From: Amoeboradix gromovi X-113
Taxonomy: Eukaryota > Fungi > Sanchytriomycota
Direction of reading: 5' to 3'
Assembly: GCA_018985225.1 (NCBI GenBank)
Contig: JADGIF010000002.1
Location: 24,145-56,144, forward strand
DNA: 32,000 nucleotides
Part shown: in pieces, positions 17,901 to 27,900 of the stretch
How positions within the stretch are numbered: position 1 is the stretch's first letter
Layout: each line of letters starts with the position of its first letter
Position numbers and translations under genes: made by a program
The notes under the pieces: model-generated
What the model was told of the DNA's origin: nothing
The model's input: the letters and a program-made list of their open reading frames with translations, nothing else
Databases searched by the model: none

Positions 17901-20257
17901 ATTGCTCTGTTCACAATGTAATGAGCAAGGAAACGTAAAACATTATAGTTGTTGCTATTAAGCAATGGGTTTAGAATTAACTTCAGCTCATTTGATTTCA
18001 CTTCCAAATTACTGGGACTCAAATTATTGATGATAAATAGCATTTTCTCTTTGATAGATTCAGCAGGTGGACTATTTAAGAGAACATTCTTGTTGACTGT
18101 AATCAGATGATTATTACACTTTATAGGCCTAGTAGAATAGACTGGAGGTGGTTTGTAAACAGGCAATTTGACTAGTTCGGGAAGAAGTGTAGTGATATTA
18201 GGAATTTGCTGTATTTGCTGCATAAAATTGGAGTCCTTTGATAACACAGAGCTACCAAGAATTATTACTTTATGAGCAAATATGAATAACTTATCGTTGC
18301 TATTCTGTTTGCAACAATGAACCAGTAGCTTGCTAGTCTCGTTATAAAGTAGCCCGGTAATAGCTTGCTTTAATATCAAATGCCCCATGAATTCACTTGC
18401 AATCTCTAATTCCTGCTGCGGATATTGCTGGAAATATGCCTGTTCCTGCAACAAGAGTGACACTACTTTAATTAATAGAGAATTGCCCGCATTTAGCAAA
18501 TAATCAACTAACTGAGAAGGTGGGTATAAATCCCGGAACAATCTACTAAACAACGCCCTAGCCTCATTCTCTATATCTGGAGCTTGATTCTGTAAATTAC
18601 CCAACTGATCCATTGCCTCTAATACGAACTTTTGATTCGACTGGTTCAATTCAAATCCTTTATATCCGCTTAATACATTCTTGATAGCTCTAATGTTATT
18701 TACGGTAAACGGTATGACACTACTGGGACCACATTTCAGTAATAAATCTTGCTCGTTTTTTGTGGATGTAACTGATGTCTTGGATTGTATTAAGTCAATC
18801 AAATGACGCATGGCTTCATTTTTTTTGGCAAATATCTGCTCTTTAAACCACAAATCAGATTGATCAATAAACCAGCAAACTAGGTCATACTGCAATGGTG
18901 GAATTGTAATTGCTATGAAATCGTTGATAATAGATGGATCTTCTGAATAAACGCTTGTTAAAGTGCGTTTAAGATGAGTTGGAGACTGTTTGTAGAGCTC
19001 ATTAAGCCATGTACGCATGAACAAATGAGAGGTAGAATCATTTAATAACAGATGCAAGAATGGGTGATTTAAATACTGCGGAATCAAAGCACTAAATAGA
19101 TTATATCCCTCATTAAACTGTATACTTCCAATCAAAAACAAATCGGTATACTTCTTTATCATATCCTCTAGCACATGAGGATAGTAGTTAGTACCTAGTA
19201 TCATACAGTTTTCAAACAATGGAAAATAGTGCAAACCAATATATGACTGAGTATATTGATCATGATACAGTTGAGCAAGAGTATATTTTGTAATTTTTTT
19301 AATATTAACTAGGTTCAATTCTTTGATGCATAACAACAAGACGTAAAGTGCTTGAGTGTTCAAATTCTTCCATTGCTTATTAACAAATAAATGCAGAGGA
19401 AAATCCATGTGGACGAATTCAGAGAGCTCAATCAGCAAGTCCAGAACTAGATCTGCTTCACTTTTGTTAACTGATTGAATATCGATATCTATTCCATCAA
19501 CTAGCAACAAAATATCAATTTGATCGTAGTTGCCATTCATGATTACTTTATGAATTACATCATATTGGTATTCCAAAGGGTTACAAATGTATTTAGACAG
19601 CACTATACCGACATGCTTCATATTGAATGAATGCTCCGTCAAATATTCCTGTATGTTAGAAGGCTTTAGATCAACTTTACTAACAGTAGGGCTACCACTT
19701 AGGAGCACATTCAATAGACTAGGAGAAGAGGGAACAGGTAATTCGTATTGGATCTGTCTGCTCAAATTCATGATATATGGCTTGGGGATCAATTGAAATT
19801 CCAGACAGCTAGCTAAAAAAAGCTTCAATTCATTGCTCAGTACTTGCTGCTTACTAGAAATGTGCTCCATTAAATCGTCAAAATATTGTACTGCTAGTTG
19901 TTGACACTTGACAGATTTAGTAGGGAGATTCGCAAACGAACAATAAAGTGCTAGGAGACACTTGCAGGACTTGGACTGAATCGAGCTGATGAGGTTTATA
20001 GAGATATTTTTAAACATGTAAAATGGACAATTGCCGCTTAGCACGAGATCGACCAGTTTAGAATGGTCATCATCTTCAGTGACATTATAAACATGGTGAA
20101 GCAGGTAAAAATGTTCATAGCTTGGGAAAGGCTTTTGCAAATGTGATTGTGCTCTGAAAATAATAGCCGATTCGATATTTGGCTCGAGTTGAAAAGCTGA
20201 CATTTTGGGGTGTTGCAAAAATTTTTTTTCCAAATTATATTCTTTCAAAAATGCCAT
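14939..20257 (-). CDS. NOT1: CCR4-NOT complex scaffold subunit Not1
   Basis: CAF1-binding MIF4G (KEKMLFIINNLSPSNLEVK, RAINEPNFHSIY); DUF3819 region (EILIPVVERSVTIANISTRELISKDF, SLAGSLAMVTCKEPLK); C-terminal Not1 domain (PGFTFGWLCLISHR, YKGTLRLFLVLLHDYPEFL, LRLPDPFTP, NHLRYPNAHS, EQITRVLLERLIANRPHPW). Confidence 0.97.
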   Translation of the reverse strand: MAFLKEYNLEKKFLQHPKMSAFQLEPNIESAIIFRAQSHLQKPFPSYEHFYLLHHVYNVTEDDDHSKLVDLVLSGNCPFYMFKNISINLISSIQSKSCKCLLALYCSFANLPTKSVKCQQLAVQYFDDLMEHISSKQQVLSNELKLFLASCLEFQLIPKPYIMNLSRQIQYELPVPSSPSLLNVLLSGSPTVSKVDLKPSNIQEYLTEHSFNMKHVGIVLSKYICNPLEYQYDVIHKVIMNGNYDQIDILLLVDGIDIDIQSVNKSEADLVLDLLIELSEFVHMDFPLHLFVNKQWKNLNTQALYVLLLCIKELNLVNIKKITKYTLAQLYHDQYTQSYIGLHYFPLFENCMILGTNYYPHVLEDMIKKYTDLFLIGSIQFNEGYNLFSALIPQYLNHPFLHLLLNDSTSHLFMRTWLNELYKQSPTHLKRTLTSVYSEDPSIINDFIAITIPPLQYDLVCWFIDQSDLWFKEQIFAKKNEAMRHLIDLIQSKTSVTSTKNEQDLLLKCGPSSVIPFTVNNIRAIKNVLSGYKGFELNQSNQKFVLEAMDQLGNLQNQAPDIENEARALFSRLFRDLYPPSQLVDYLLNAGNSLLIKVVSLLLQEQAYFQQYPQQELEIASEFMGHLILKQAITGLLYNETSKLLVHCCKQNSNDKLFIFAHKVIILGSSVLSKDSNFMQQIQQIPNITTLLPELVKLPVYKPPPVYSTRPIKCNNHLITVNKNVLLNSPPAESIKEKMLFIINNLSPSNLEVKSNELKLILNPLLNSNNYNVLRFLAHYIVNRAINEPNFHSIYFNFIVSLCKSKKSTMYRSSVLFKCVLYESMHIANSLIDGNNKQLIRNSGAWIGLLTIRQDKPLIHIHVNLNQLIMQYTSNPMVLPFTCSLLQQSNKSTLFHLPNPFMNYHLQLLKMVHLNQTNSKGNLDIEILFSHLKIDINSIPDYVQPENLVPDTNTLPSDSAVDTSLSQAMTIALKEILIPVVERSVTIANISTRELISKDFKYCNNKQLINNAAILMIQSLAGSLAMVTCKEPLKQSVLLQLQNTNINHAELDGLIQQACAYIENEAKQQALQSLDIDSYMVSSSASNIDLPDGLQSTGGITELQYSIYMGWDSNNTNTTPIHPNTSNITPTVSSMTQPGNPLIALTSLIITEVLDDVHDVINNNKLKQLLNEHSSNDVLLLEYIEWLILSLYSTEHGFIRQLSSVLLRDTIELNKVLIKEFTSWFYLQSNIKIFNLQCIYELLQVGLIRLGDVSIAIIGLISNTTTANVALSKSFLTSLVNMLVESEENDYLLVELHMSATMLSCYSVHQLLQWDLSHVDLIFVKWCKLTLMTHWSLEIKNEFMSMVINIINTDEKIIYFTRSALEMALDYNGNEFNSIDALVLLLVEILAIKCKEDKHVQLFSKLVATISMVLVHEYQTSSINKSSKFTRLFSLLQTMIHDHELLKVDFNSMSLLETLHVLQPQIVPGFTFGWLCLISHRQFIPNMLTTMTNWHHYHLLLVDLLVYLKPFTTTATMTEATRLLYKGTLRLFLVLLHDYPEFLCCYYYNLCLHIPPICIQLKNLLLSCFPRDLRLPDPFTPGLNIKELPEILIQPVVKNDYLSVIKSYKESIDGYLKNKQSTHVIADIMQSTDVVMNAVLFYMGCSEHKQEIRQSGQYELIKAVLNGLDSSKRYMAITCMANHLRYPNAHSYFFNRVLLGMFEDDTVLEVVKEQITRVLLERLIANRPHPWCLLTTFVELIKNPKYSFWTLGFTRCAPDIERLFESVARSIS

Positions 20258-20351
20258 GTTGTTTGCCTACAATAGGAGAAAGACTAGCGTATAACAAGAA
20301 GTTGATTCTTACTCTAAAGTTTTCTGTCGAATTCACCCCTGAAACGTTTTA

Positions 20352-21320
20352 ATGAGTTTCAAAGAGGTTTTGTGTTTAGAAAATATTTTAGAAAATTTGG
20401 GATACCCTTCAATATTTTTAGATCAGTTTAGAATCGAGCCGAGGTTTGACATGATGTCAGACATGCTGACCTGGCTAGTCTCCAAGATTGATTCTGGATT
20501 CCAGATTAAAAAAAACATCGAAACTGCCAAGGACAGGGAGATATTTTTTAAAGGTGTTTTAGGTCATATGTACCTTAAGGTTCCGGCTTTAGCTACCGTA
20601 AATGCCAAAAAATTATATACTAGCAACCTTGGCTGTTTAAGAGAATTATTAAAAATTGCCAAATATGTATATAAGTGCTTAAACGTAAATGAACCATTAA
20701 AATTACAAGGCGCAGCATTTATTAAAACAGACGTGAATAAGGTGAGATCACAATGCAATGAACTAACTAGCAGTGCTGCTCAGCTCTATGCACAGTTGTC
20801 TAAGGATTCGGAACTTGAAAAGATTAGAAACACGGTATTGTTAGAATCTATAGATTTGTCCAAAATGTCTGCCCATATTGTTGATGAGACCCTTAAATTG
20901 AAAGCTCTTAACACTAAAATCAAGGAAGAATTAGATTCATTCCTTCAGGAGTCCAGAAACATAAAAGTAAAGCTTTCAAATAAGACTTCTGAGCTGGAGC
21001 GCAGAGAAGAGCGTCTCTCTTCGTTACAGAAGATTCGTCCCACATATATGGACGAATATGAGAAGCTATCTGAAGAACTGCAAGTCTTGTATTCAGATTA
21101 TGTGACGAAAACCAAGAATATTGGCTGGTTGGAAATGAAATACAATCAGCATGTGATACAAGTTGATGATGACGACTCAACCATCAATTCTAATAAAAAC
21201 TCTGAAATCAACGATCTGCTAATTGAAAATTTTAAAAGTGACGCTGATGATGATGATATGCAGTTGTTTATGAGTAATGATGCAGCAATCAAAGAAGAAG
21301 ATGAGCAGTCTCTTTTTTGA
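20352..21320 (+). CDS. CLUAP1: Clusterin-associated protein 1 / intraflagellar transport protein IFT38
   Basis: N-terminus MSFKE....LGYP....FR..P.F....ML.WLV, NAKKLY, and the coiled coil ELERREERLSSLQKIRPTYMDEYEKLSEELQ match CLUAP1/IFT38; acidic tail. Confidence 0.9.
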   Translation: MSFKEVLCLENILENLGYPSIFLDQFRIEPRFDMMSDMLTWLVSKIDSGFQIKKNIETAKDREIFFKGVLGHMYLKVPALATVNAKKLYTSNLGCLRELLKIAKYVYKCLNVNEPLKLQGAAFIKTDVNKVRSQCNELTSSAAQLYAQLSKDSELEKIRNTVLLESIDLSKMSAHIVDETLKLKALNTKIKEELDSFLQESRNIKVKLSNKTSELERREERLSSLQKIRPTYMDEYEKLSEELQVLYSDYVTKTKNIGWLEMKYNQHVIQVDDDDSTINSNKNSEINDLLIENFKSDADDDDMQLFMSNDAAIKEEDEQSLF

Positions 21321-21340
21321 TTAATAAATTACATTTATTA
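21321..21340. terminator. Back-to-back polyadenylation signals in a 17-bp spacer between convergent genes
   Basis: AATAAA at 21323-21328 (+, after the CLUAP1 stop) and TTTATT at 21334-21339 (AATAAA on the minus strand, overlapping the TPP2 stop). Confidence 0.6.
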
Positions 21341-24300
21341 AAATAGCAAATATTCCTGACCACAACCCAAGAGTTTATTGGTTTTGATTCTAATTTCCCA
21401 TTCTTTCCAACCCAATAATTTCACTAATTCAATATAAGCGTCGTATATTTTAGCATCATTCTTTGACTTTAAATACTCTAAGCAATGTTTAATCCCAATC
21501 CCATAACACTTTTTGTTTTTATATTCCGCAATCACTTTTAAACAATCATCCAACTTGGTTGGTGTTTTAGTTTCCGCTTTGTGTAACAACAAATATTCTT
21601 TGTATTTTTCAAAGGTAAATTGCTTGAATAATAATACACAATACGCATCTTTGAGAATTTCCTTGTTTTCACTATATTCATTTTCCGCACCATTTACACT
21701 TGCTAACAGCTTACCGAAATCAATATCCAGCTTGTCCAGCTGATCGTTAATCACCATCTTACATTTCAAGACAAGCTGATCTTTACTCTCTAATAAACTC
21801 AACATTTCGTTAAAGACCTTTGTGTTTAGCTCTTTACTGCTTGCCATGCTGTTTACCACAGTCATTATACCCTTCTCCTTAGTAGCTGGAGTAGCTGGAT
21901 GCTTATAGTCTATAATGATATCTTTTTTGCTGCTGTTTACAGTGATAGCTCCGAGATATGTTCCACTTTTCTTTAAAGCATCAATTGCGGAGCAGTCTAT
22001 TTCATACAGTCCACCACTGATCAGCGTTGGTTTCAAGTCAATTTTTTCGACTTGTACATGCATTAGTATAAGCTTATTCAACTTGTTTAGTACATCAATG
22101 TTCTCGTGTTTATATTCGATTAATATAGTAATAGAGCCCTGACATTTGAATGATTTACTGAACACATCTTGCACATGAATTAACTGATAGTCCTTATAAA
22201 CCATAATAGCCATACCAATCTTTGCATCGTACAACAAATCATCAAATGTACTAGAGAGTTTAATAGTTGATTCCTTCTCAATCGCAGTAGTGTATTTGCA
22301 CTGCAGAGCCTGTAACTTATGCTTTACACTACTAATATAATCTCTGTTTCCCAATTCAACAGGATTGCATTCAACAGGCAAAAGTTGAGATATTTCATGA
22401 GTTAGTTCAGATTTGACTGTTAATTTCGAAGAGGTTGTGTTAGCTCTAAACTTTATGACGTTGTATTTACTGTTGAGAACTACTATTTCTTCAATTTTGT
22501 TCAATTGAAATTCCATATTAATACTTAGTTCGCTCTTTTCTGAATTATTCCAGAATTGTGCTATACATATCTCCATAGTTGTGTTTGGTAATATCTCTAT
22601 TCGCTTTGTTGTTTTGTCCGCTACTCTAATTAGTTGTTCGTTCTCCTCATGTCTTGTATTCATCACCAGTTGTTGAACATGGATGTAATATGTAGAATTG
22701 CTGTTACTTGGTGTAATATTTAACAAGCAGGAGTTATATTTACCTGGATTGATAAAATGGCGTGTAATCCCATTAGTATTTTCGGTACTATGTAGTTGTA
22801 AGACATCCTTGGTCAACAACAATGGTTTAATTATTGTGATAGGTATCTTGATAAGCAGTTTATTATCTAAGTAACAGTTAAGATCACCGGTATTCAGCGT
22901 TGTCAATAAATCAGGATTGATTGTAATTTTGAAAGATCTACCCATATTAGATAACTTAAGGTATTTAGGATGATTTACACATGGTAGAGTACAAGAGAGA
23001 ACTAGGTTGAGATCTAGCAAAAGCTTGAGACTGCTTAATTGTTCTAAATCATCAAAAGGAAACTTGCAATTGATGGTAACATTGATTTGTTTGTTGTTTT
23101 TGTATTCATTGGCGTCTCTTATATAAATTCCTCTGCCACTATAGTCTAGAGCGGCGTCAGTATTGATAGCGTAATGGATATTAAATGGATTAATAGTGAT
23201 ATCATCAAATGGATTAGTATTGTAAGTAGCCATTGATTTGATTAACCAGTTGTACATGTCAAGCACTTGCATAAAAGGAATATCATGTACATCTTTAACC
23301 GTGACAGCACTTGATCTTAATGCGTTTTGAATCAGGTAAGAGTGTGGGCTGACTTTATAAGTATTTTTATACCAACCAACTAACAAAGAGAGACAACCGC
23401 AGCAATTAGGGCTAGACATTGAAGTGCCATTCATTAGCTGGTTAGGAAACAAATTGTACTTTGGAATGCTTGTAATGGCACTACCGGGGCAATAAACATC
23501 CACACCATAATGCCCATCCATAGTTGGGCCTCTACTGCTCCAAGTGTAAGGACCTGTAGTGCAAGGGCTTGACAAGGAGTATTCAGACAATACCTGATCG
23601 TTATCTACATGTGCACCGACACTTATTACAGTGGAGGTTGTACCCCCGGGAGCACCAACAGTAGACAAACAGGGACCAGCATTGCCAGCACTGCTTATGA
23701 ATATACATCCATTGTTGATTAATTTAGTAAGTAGCTTGGGAAACAAGCCAGAATCAGGGAATTTACATGACTCCCCATAGCTCAAATTTGCCAAATCGCA
23801 TTTATAATCAGATATATATTTTAATGCCCTTAATAAGCCTGTATTAGTCTCCATGCTGCCTAGACGAGTGTCCCCAATCTTTAAACTTATTAGTTGCGAA
23901 CCAGGGCTAACTCCATTGCAAGCAGCGTTATTAGGGAAGTAAGCGCTAGTAATAGATCCAACATGCGTACCATGACTTCCGGCAACGCAAACAATCGACA
24001 ACACCAGATCAGAATCATTCTTGCCTATTACTGATGAATTTGTATAAAAGTTGAAACTGTATGTAAGTTGATCACCATCAGAAAAATGATCAAATTGCTG
24101 AGAAATAGAGTACTGGGACATCGGCTTACCAGCAGTAAAGTCTCCATCACCGATTTTGTCAACAATCGCAAAATACTGATTATTCTCGCAGTAAACAATT
24201 ATATCAAACAGAATTCCTTGATCGGTAGATTTTAATAAATCGTTTAATATATCAACGCGAGATTGATAATCTTGTTTTAATAATACATCATTGGGATCTG

Positions 24301-24760
24301 GTTGAGTGCTTTTATTAATTTTATCAGTGATGCTAGACAACAGTTGGTTGGCTTGAACGAGGTAAGAAAGATGATCTGGTTGGATAGATTCCAGTCGCTT
24401 AGATTTCAAACGGTTCCAAAGATCTTTTGGATATAGATCCAGAGCGTGTTTAATGCCCATTTTAATTTTGGTAATGTTTGAAGGTAACTTGATAGGTTTG
24501 CCAGACAGGGTTTTGAGGTCACTAGTAACTGTAATCCATTCTGTTAGTTTTACATCACCACTACAGGTGCAGTCAATACAGTCGACAACCTTGACTTTCC
24601 CATCTGAAGTGGTTTGCAGCCCAGGAGCAGATGGATCAATACCGGTATCAAGGATTGCGATTAGAGTGTTTTTGCCATCAAATCCGGTCTTTTGAATAAA
24701 CTCCAGTGCTTGGGTAGTCTGTTTTGGTAGTAAGCCTAGCGTGGGAAAATCATCCAACAT
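21338..24760 (-). CDS. TPP2: Tripeptidyl-peptidase II (S8 subtilase)
   Basis: Catalytic triad ILDTGID / GSHGTHV / NGTSMSSP; TPPII-specific LKIGDTRLGSMET, SAGNAGP, YTWSSRGP and EICIAQFW. Confidence 0.97.
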   Translation of the reverse strand: MLDDFPTLGLLPKQTTQALEFIQKTGFDGKNTLIAILDTGIDPSAPGLQTTSDGKVKVVDCIDCTCSGDVKLTEWITVTSDLKTLSGKPIKLPSNITKIKMGIKHALDLYPKDLWNRLKSKRLESIQPDHLSYLVQANQLLSSITDKINKSTQPDPNDVLLKQDYQSRVDILNDLLKSTDQGILFDIIVYCENNQYFAIVDKIGDGDFTAGKPMSQYSISQQFDHFSDGDQLTYSFNFYTNSSVIGKNDSDLVLSIVCVAGSHGTHVGSITSAYFPNNAACNGVSPGSQLISLKIGDTRLGSMETNTGLLRALKYISDYKCDLANLSYGESCKFPDSGLFPKLLTKLINNGCIFISSAGNAGPCLSTVGAPGGTTSTVISVGAHVDNDQVLSEYSLSSPCTTGPYTWSSRGPTMDGHYGVDVYCPGSAITSIPKYNLFPNQLMNGTSMSSPNCCGCLSLLVGWYKNTYKVSPHSYLIQNALRSSAVTVKDVHDIPFMQVLDMYNWLIKSMATYNTNPFDDITINPFNIHYAINTDAALDYSGRGIYIRDANEYKNNKQINVTINCKFPFDDLEQLSSLKLLLDLNLVLSCTLPCVNHPKYLKLSNMGRSFKITINPDLLTTLNTGDLNCYLDNKLLIKIPITIIKPLLLTKDVLQLHSTENTNGITRHFINPGKYNSCLLNITPSNSNSTYYIHVQQLVMNTRHEENEQLIRVADKTTKRIEILPNTTMEICIAQFWNNSEKSELSINMEFQLNKIEEIVVLNSKYNVIKFRANTTSSKLTVKSELTHEISQLLPVECNPVELGNRDYISSVKHKLQALQCKYTTAIEKESTIKLSSTFDDLLYDAKIGMAIMVYKDYQLIHVQDVFSKSFKCQGSITILIEYKHENIDVLNKLNKLILMHVQVEKIDLKPTLISGGLYEIDCSAIDALKKSGTYLGAITVNSSKKDIIIDYKHPATPATKEKGIMTVVNSMASSKELNTKVFNEMLSLLESKDQLVLKCKMVINDQLDKLDIDFGKLLASVNGAENEYSENKEILKDAYCVLLFKQFTFEKYKEYLLLHKAETKTPTKLDDCLKVIAEYKNKKCYGIGIKHCLEYLKSKNDAKIYDAYIELVKLLGWKEWEIRIKTNKLLGCGQEYLLF

Positions 24761-24928
24761 TGTCTCAAAAACATTTCACATAATAATTTTAGACTCTCAC
24801 ATCACTATGAATATTAAAAAATGGTACGATGACACACAAAGAGTTAAAAGTGTATAGTGTACATACTTTTGATCTATTTGAACCCACTTTGCAAATATAA
24901 ATCATTTTTTAAGTTTGGCTTTGAAACA

Positions 24929-27900
24929 ATGTTCATGCCATTATATTACTTTGTAATAATTATAGCATGCTTCTTATCGATGATTAGTAAAATAGAGATA
25001 CCGGTTCGCTTGAAAGGGTTTAAAGGGCTTCTGAAGGTACATTTGGGCTATAAAATTACATTGGAGTGGATCTATTGTGAAATTTCTAAAAAGCCTAGCA
25101 CTGAAAAGTCTAAAAGGACATTTTTGTTAAGAGAAATAATTCACTTGATTCGGAGATTTGTAATTATTAAATTTAAAGATTTAAGGATTAAATATACAAT
25201 CAATCTGCAAATCAGCAACCTCTGTATTTCTTATGACCGTAAATACATAGCATCGTTCGATACTTGCTCTGGCCCTTACTTTGATGCTTCCAAAGTCAGC
25301 ATTTCTTACGATAAAATAGCGTCTGTTAATATCGAGTCTATTAATGGTGATATATTGAGGTTAGCTGCACTATACAATAATCTCAAATTCGGCGATTCTA
25401 ATACTAGCCCTTCTCTCTTGAAGGTAGAGTTAACCATCTACAAGGCTATTTTGTTGTTCCACACCTGTAAATCTGAGTTTTCTTCAATTTTCATTTCAGT
25501 AGAGAGTCAAATTAAAATCAAAGCTAATATTACAGTGTATTTACAAGAATCTTTAATTTTAAGTAGTCGCCAAATTGACGTAACATACATTAAGTCTCTC
25601 ATTCCCATGAAAATGATTCATAATCATTCTTTAATAGACATTCCCAGTTCTTTGACTGTTTCTACAGTCAACAGTACCAGCGATTTTAATGTACATATCA
25701 ATCAGATTGATGTTCTCTGTTCCACTGATGTGGTTCCCTTAATTTTCAATTTTTATTTAAGCTTATCTGATTTTCACTCCACTTTGAAATCAAACTCTAA
25801 AGCTAATTTTAGTTTAAGTGCTACTATCCAATATATCATGTTTATGCATACATCTGATTCTCAACAGTTTAAATTAGAATTCTTTAACACTATTTTCAAT
25901 AAATCCTCAATAAGTGGCCTTGCTCTTAGTCAATTATTAAACTTCAACCAAACAGATTTGCCCCATATTTTAAGAAATGATATTTGGATATTAATGAATC
26001 CTGTACACCTGCATAGCACCCATGTACTTGTTGAGAGCATTAATATATCTGTAAGTTCTACAAAAGAGTTCATAGTCTGTAGTTCATATAACTTTAACTA
26101 TTCATCATCTACACGAGATGCCTGGGAGTCATTACCTGATACTGCAATTAGAGTCATTGATCGTGATCTACGTTTTGATAGCCCTGATATATGGATGACC
26201 AAGAGTGAGTTAAATCAATTCACTATTAATAAGATAATTGTGACTGTGCCAGATCCTGTAGAACTAGTTACATCTATACCAGATATGCTTAGTACTGCAA
26301 ACAATATAAGCAGTCATAGCACATCCAACAGCAGCAGTACCGACTTAAATACTACACTAAACATCCATCAAATTTCAGTGTTACTAGTCAATGATGGGTG
26401 CAAAATGACTTGCAACAACACTAATATCGCCGCTAATCTAGCAATTAAGTGTAATTATATCACACTCGGTAATAGTTTTGCCGATTTTGTCCAGTTGAAT
26501 GATGTAGAATATCTCAAATATAAAGTGAAACTCAATGGCCAATCTAACATATTTCCGCGGACTGATGTGTTAACCACAATGCTGCCGATCATTAGGCAAG
26601 CTAAAAATGTTAAATTCCGCTCCGATAGCACAGGCCCCTCTAGTTCTACTTGGTCAGTCACTTGTGTTAAACCTGTGGTTGTTCGCATGATAAATCCTTT
26701 AAATAATGATGCTTATTGTACTATAACATTGAATAACCTCTATTCTACTGCTAGCACTTCTGCTGTTATAAACTGCCAATTAATCACCGACCTTTTCAAT
26801 CCAACCCATCATGAGCTCCTGGTAATGAACGATTTGGTTATAACTATTGAAAAAGATGTAGAAGTCTCTAGTAGCTACGTCAATCTATCCTTACCATGCT
26901 GGACTTATAACTGTGAACCAATTCTAACTGGAGTAATGCTAATAATTAAATCACTGAGTAACCAATCGAAATATTCACCGTGGATGGGCAAACTAACTGT
27001 TAACATACTAAAAGGGTTCGTGACTATTTTGGACGACGAATTTGAGAGTGTTTTGAATCTAAATCTCCACATTGGTAGATTAGAACAAATTAAACGCATA
27101 AATAGATTCCAACTACTTGAACAACGTATGGGAAATTCACCCGAATATAGCAAATACTATAATCAGTTGTTGGAGTATTGTAGCAATTATTATATTAAAC
27201 TGAATGATAAATACAAGAGTGATATTTATAATGAGTACAAACAGCTAATTCAAGCGACATCTAACAATAATACCATCCCTCTAATGATATACATGGTAGA
27301 ACAGTGTACTATAAAAACAGCTCCCAGCAATATCGATTTCGATACATTTAGAACGAACACTGACACCTCTAATACAAGAGAAGGATGTGGTTCTGAGGAG
27401 ATAAATATAAAGCAGTTTAGGCAGTTTGATGTTCAGTGCCATCGTGTAATACTAAAATTAAGAAATTATTTGTTTCCTTTACTCAGTATTGTTGGTAAAA
27501 ACAAACACAATGTGCAATTAGCCGGTACCTATGCGTTAATACAGAACAACTCCAATGAGAAAGAAACCAAAATGTTAAACATTAACGGAATAGAAGTATT
27601 AAATACTTGGCAGCCAACTAAATTACTAATTGACATCAAAATAGACCTATCGAATGACACAGAAATGCATGTAACTCATGGACCTGGGTATGAAAGCGCC
27701 CTTAGATACATTAGTAGGAGTATTCCTAAAACGTACTCTTGGTTTGGCAACAAAGAGTTAAAATGGTTTGATGTGCTAAGGTGGCAATGTCATGGTAGTT
27801 TTAATTTGCAACTACACGATGATGCCATATTGCGTTTGAGAGTATTAGGCAGTAAATATGCGAACCAGACACCCATAGCACCTGACAAATGCAGCGGCGT

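Noticed and set aside
24857-24928. GTG start for FMP27 as given in the ORF track
   Set aside because: This is a eukaryotic gene, and the ATG at 24929 places the expected hydrophobic anchor at the N-terminus.
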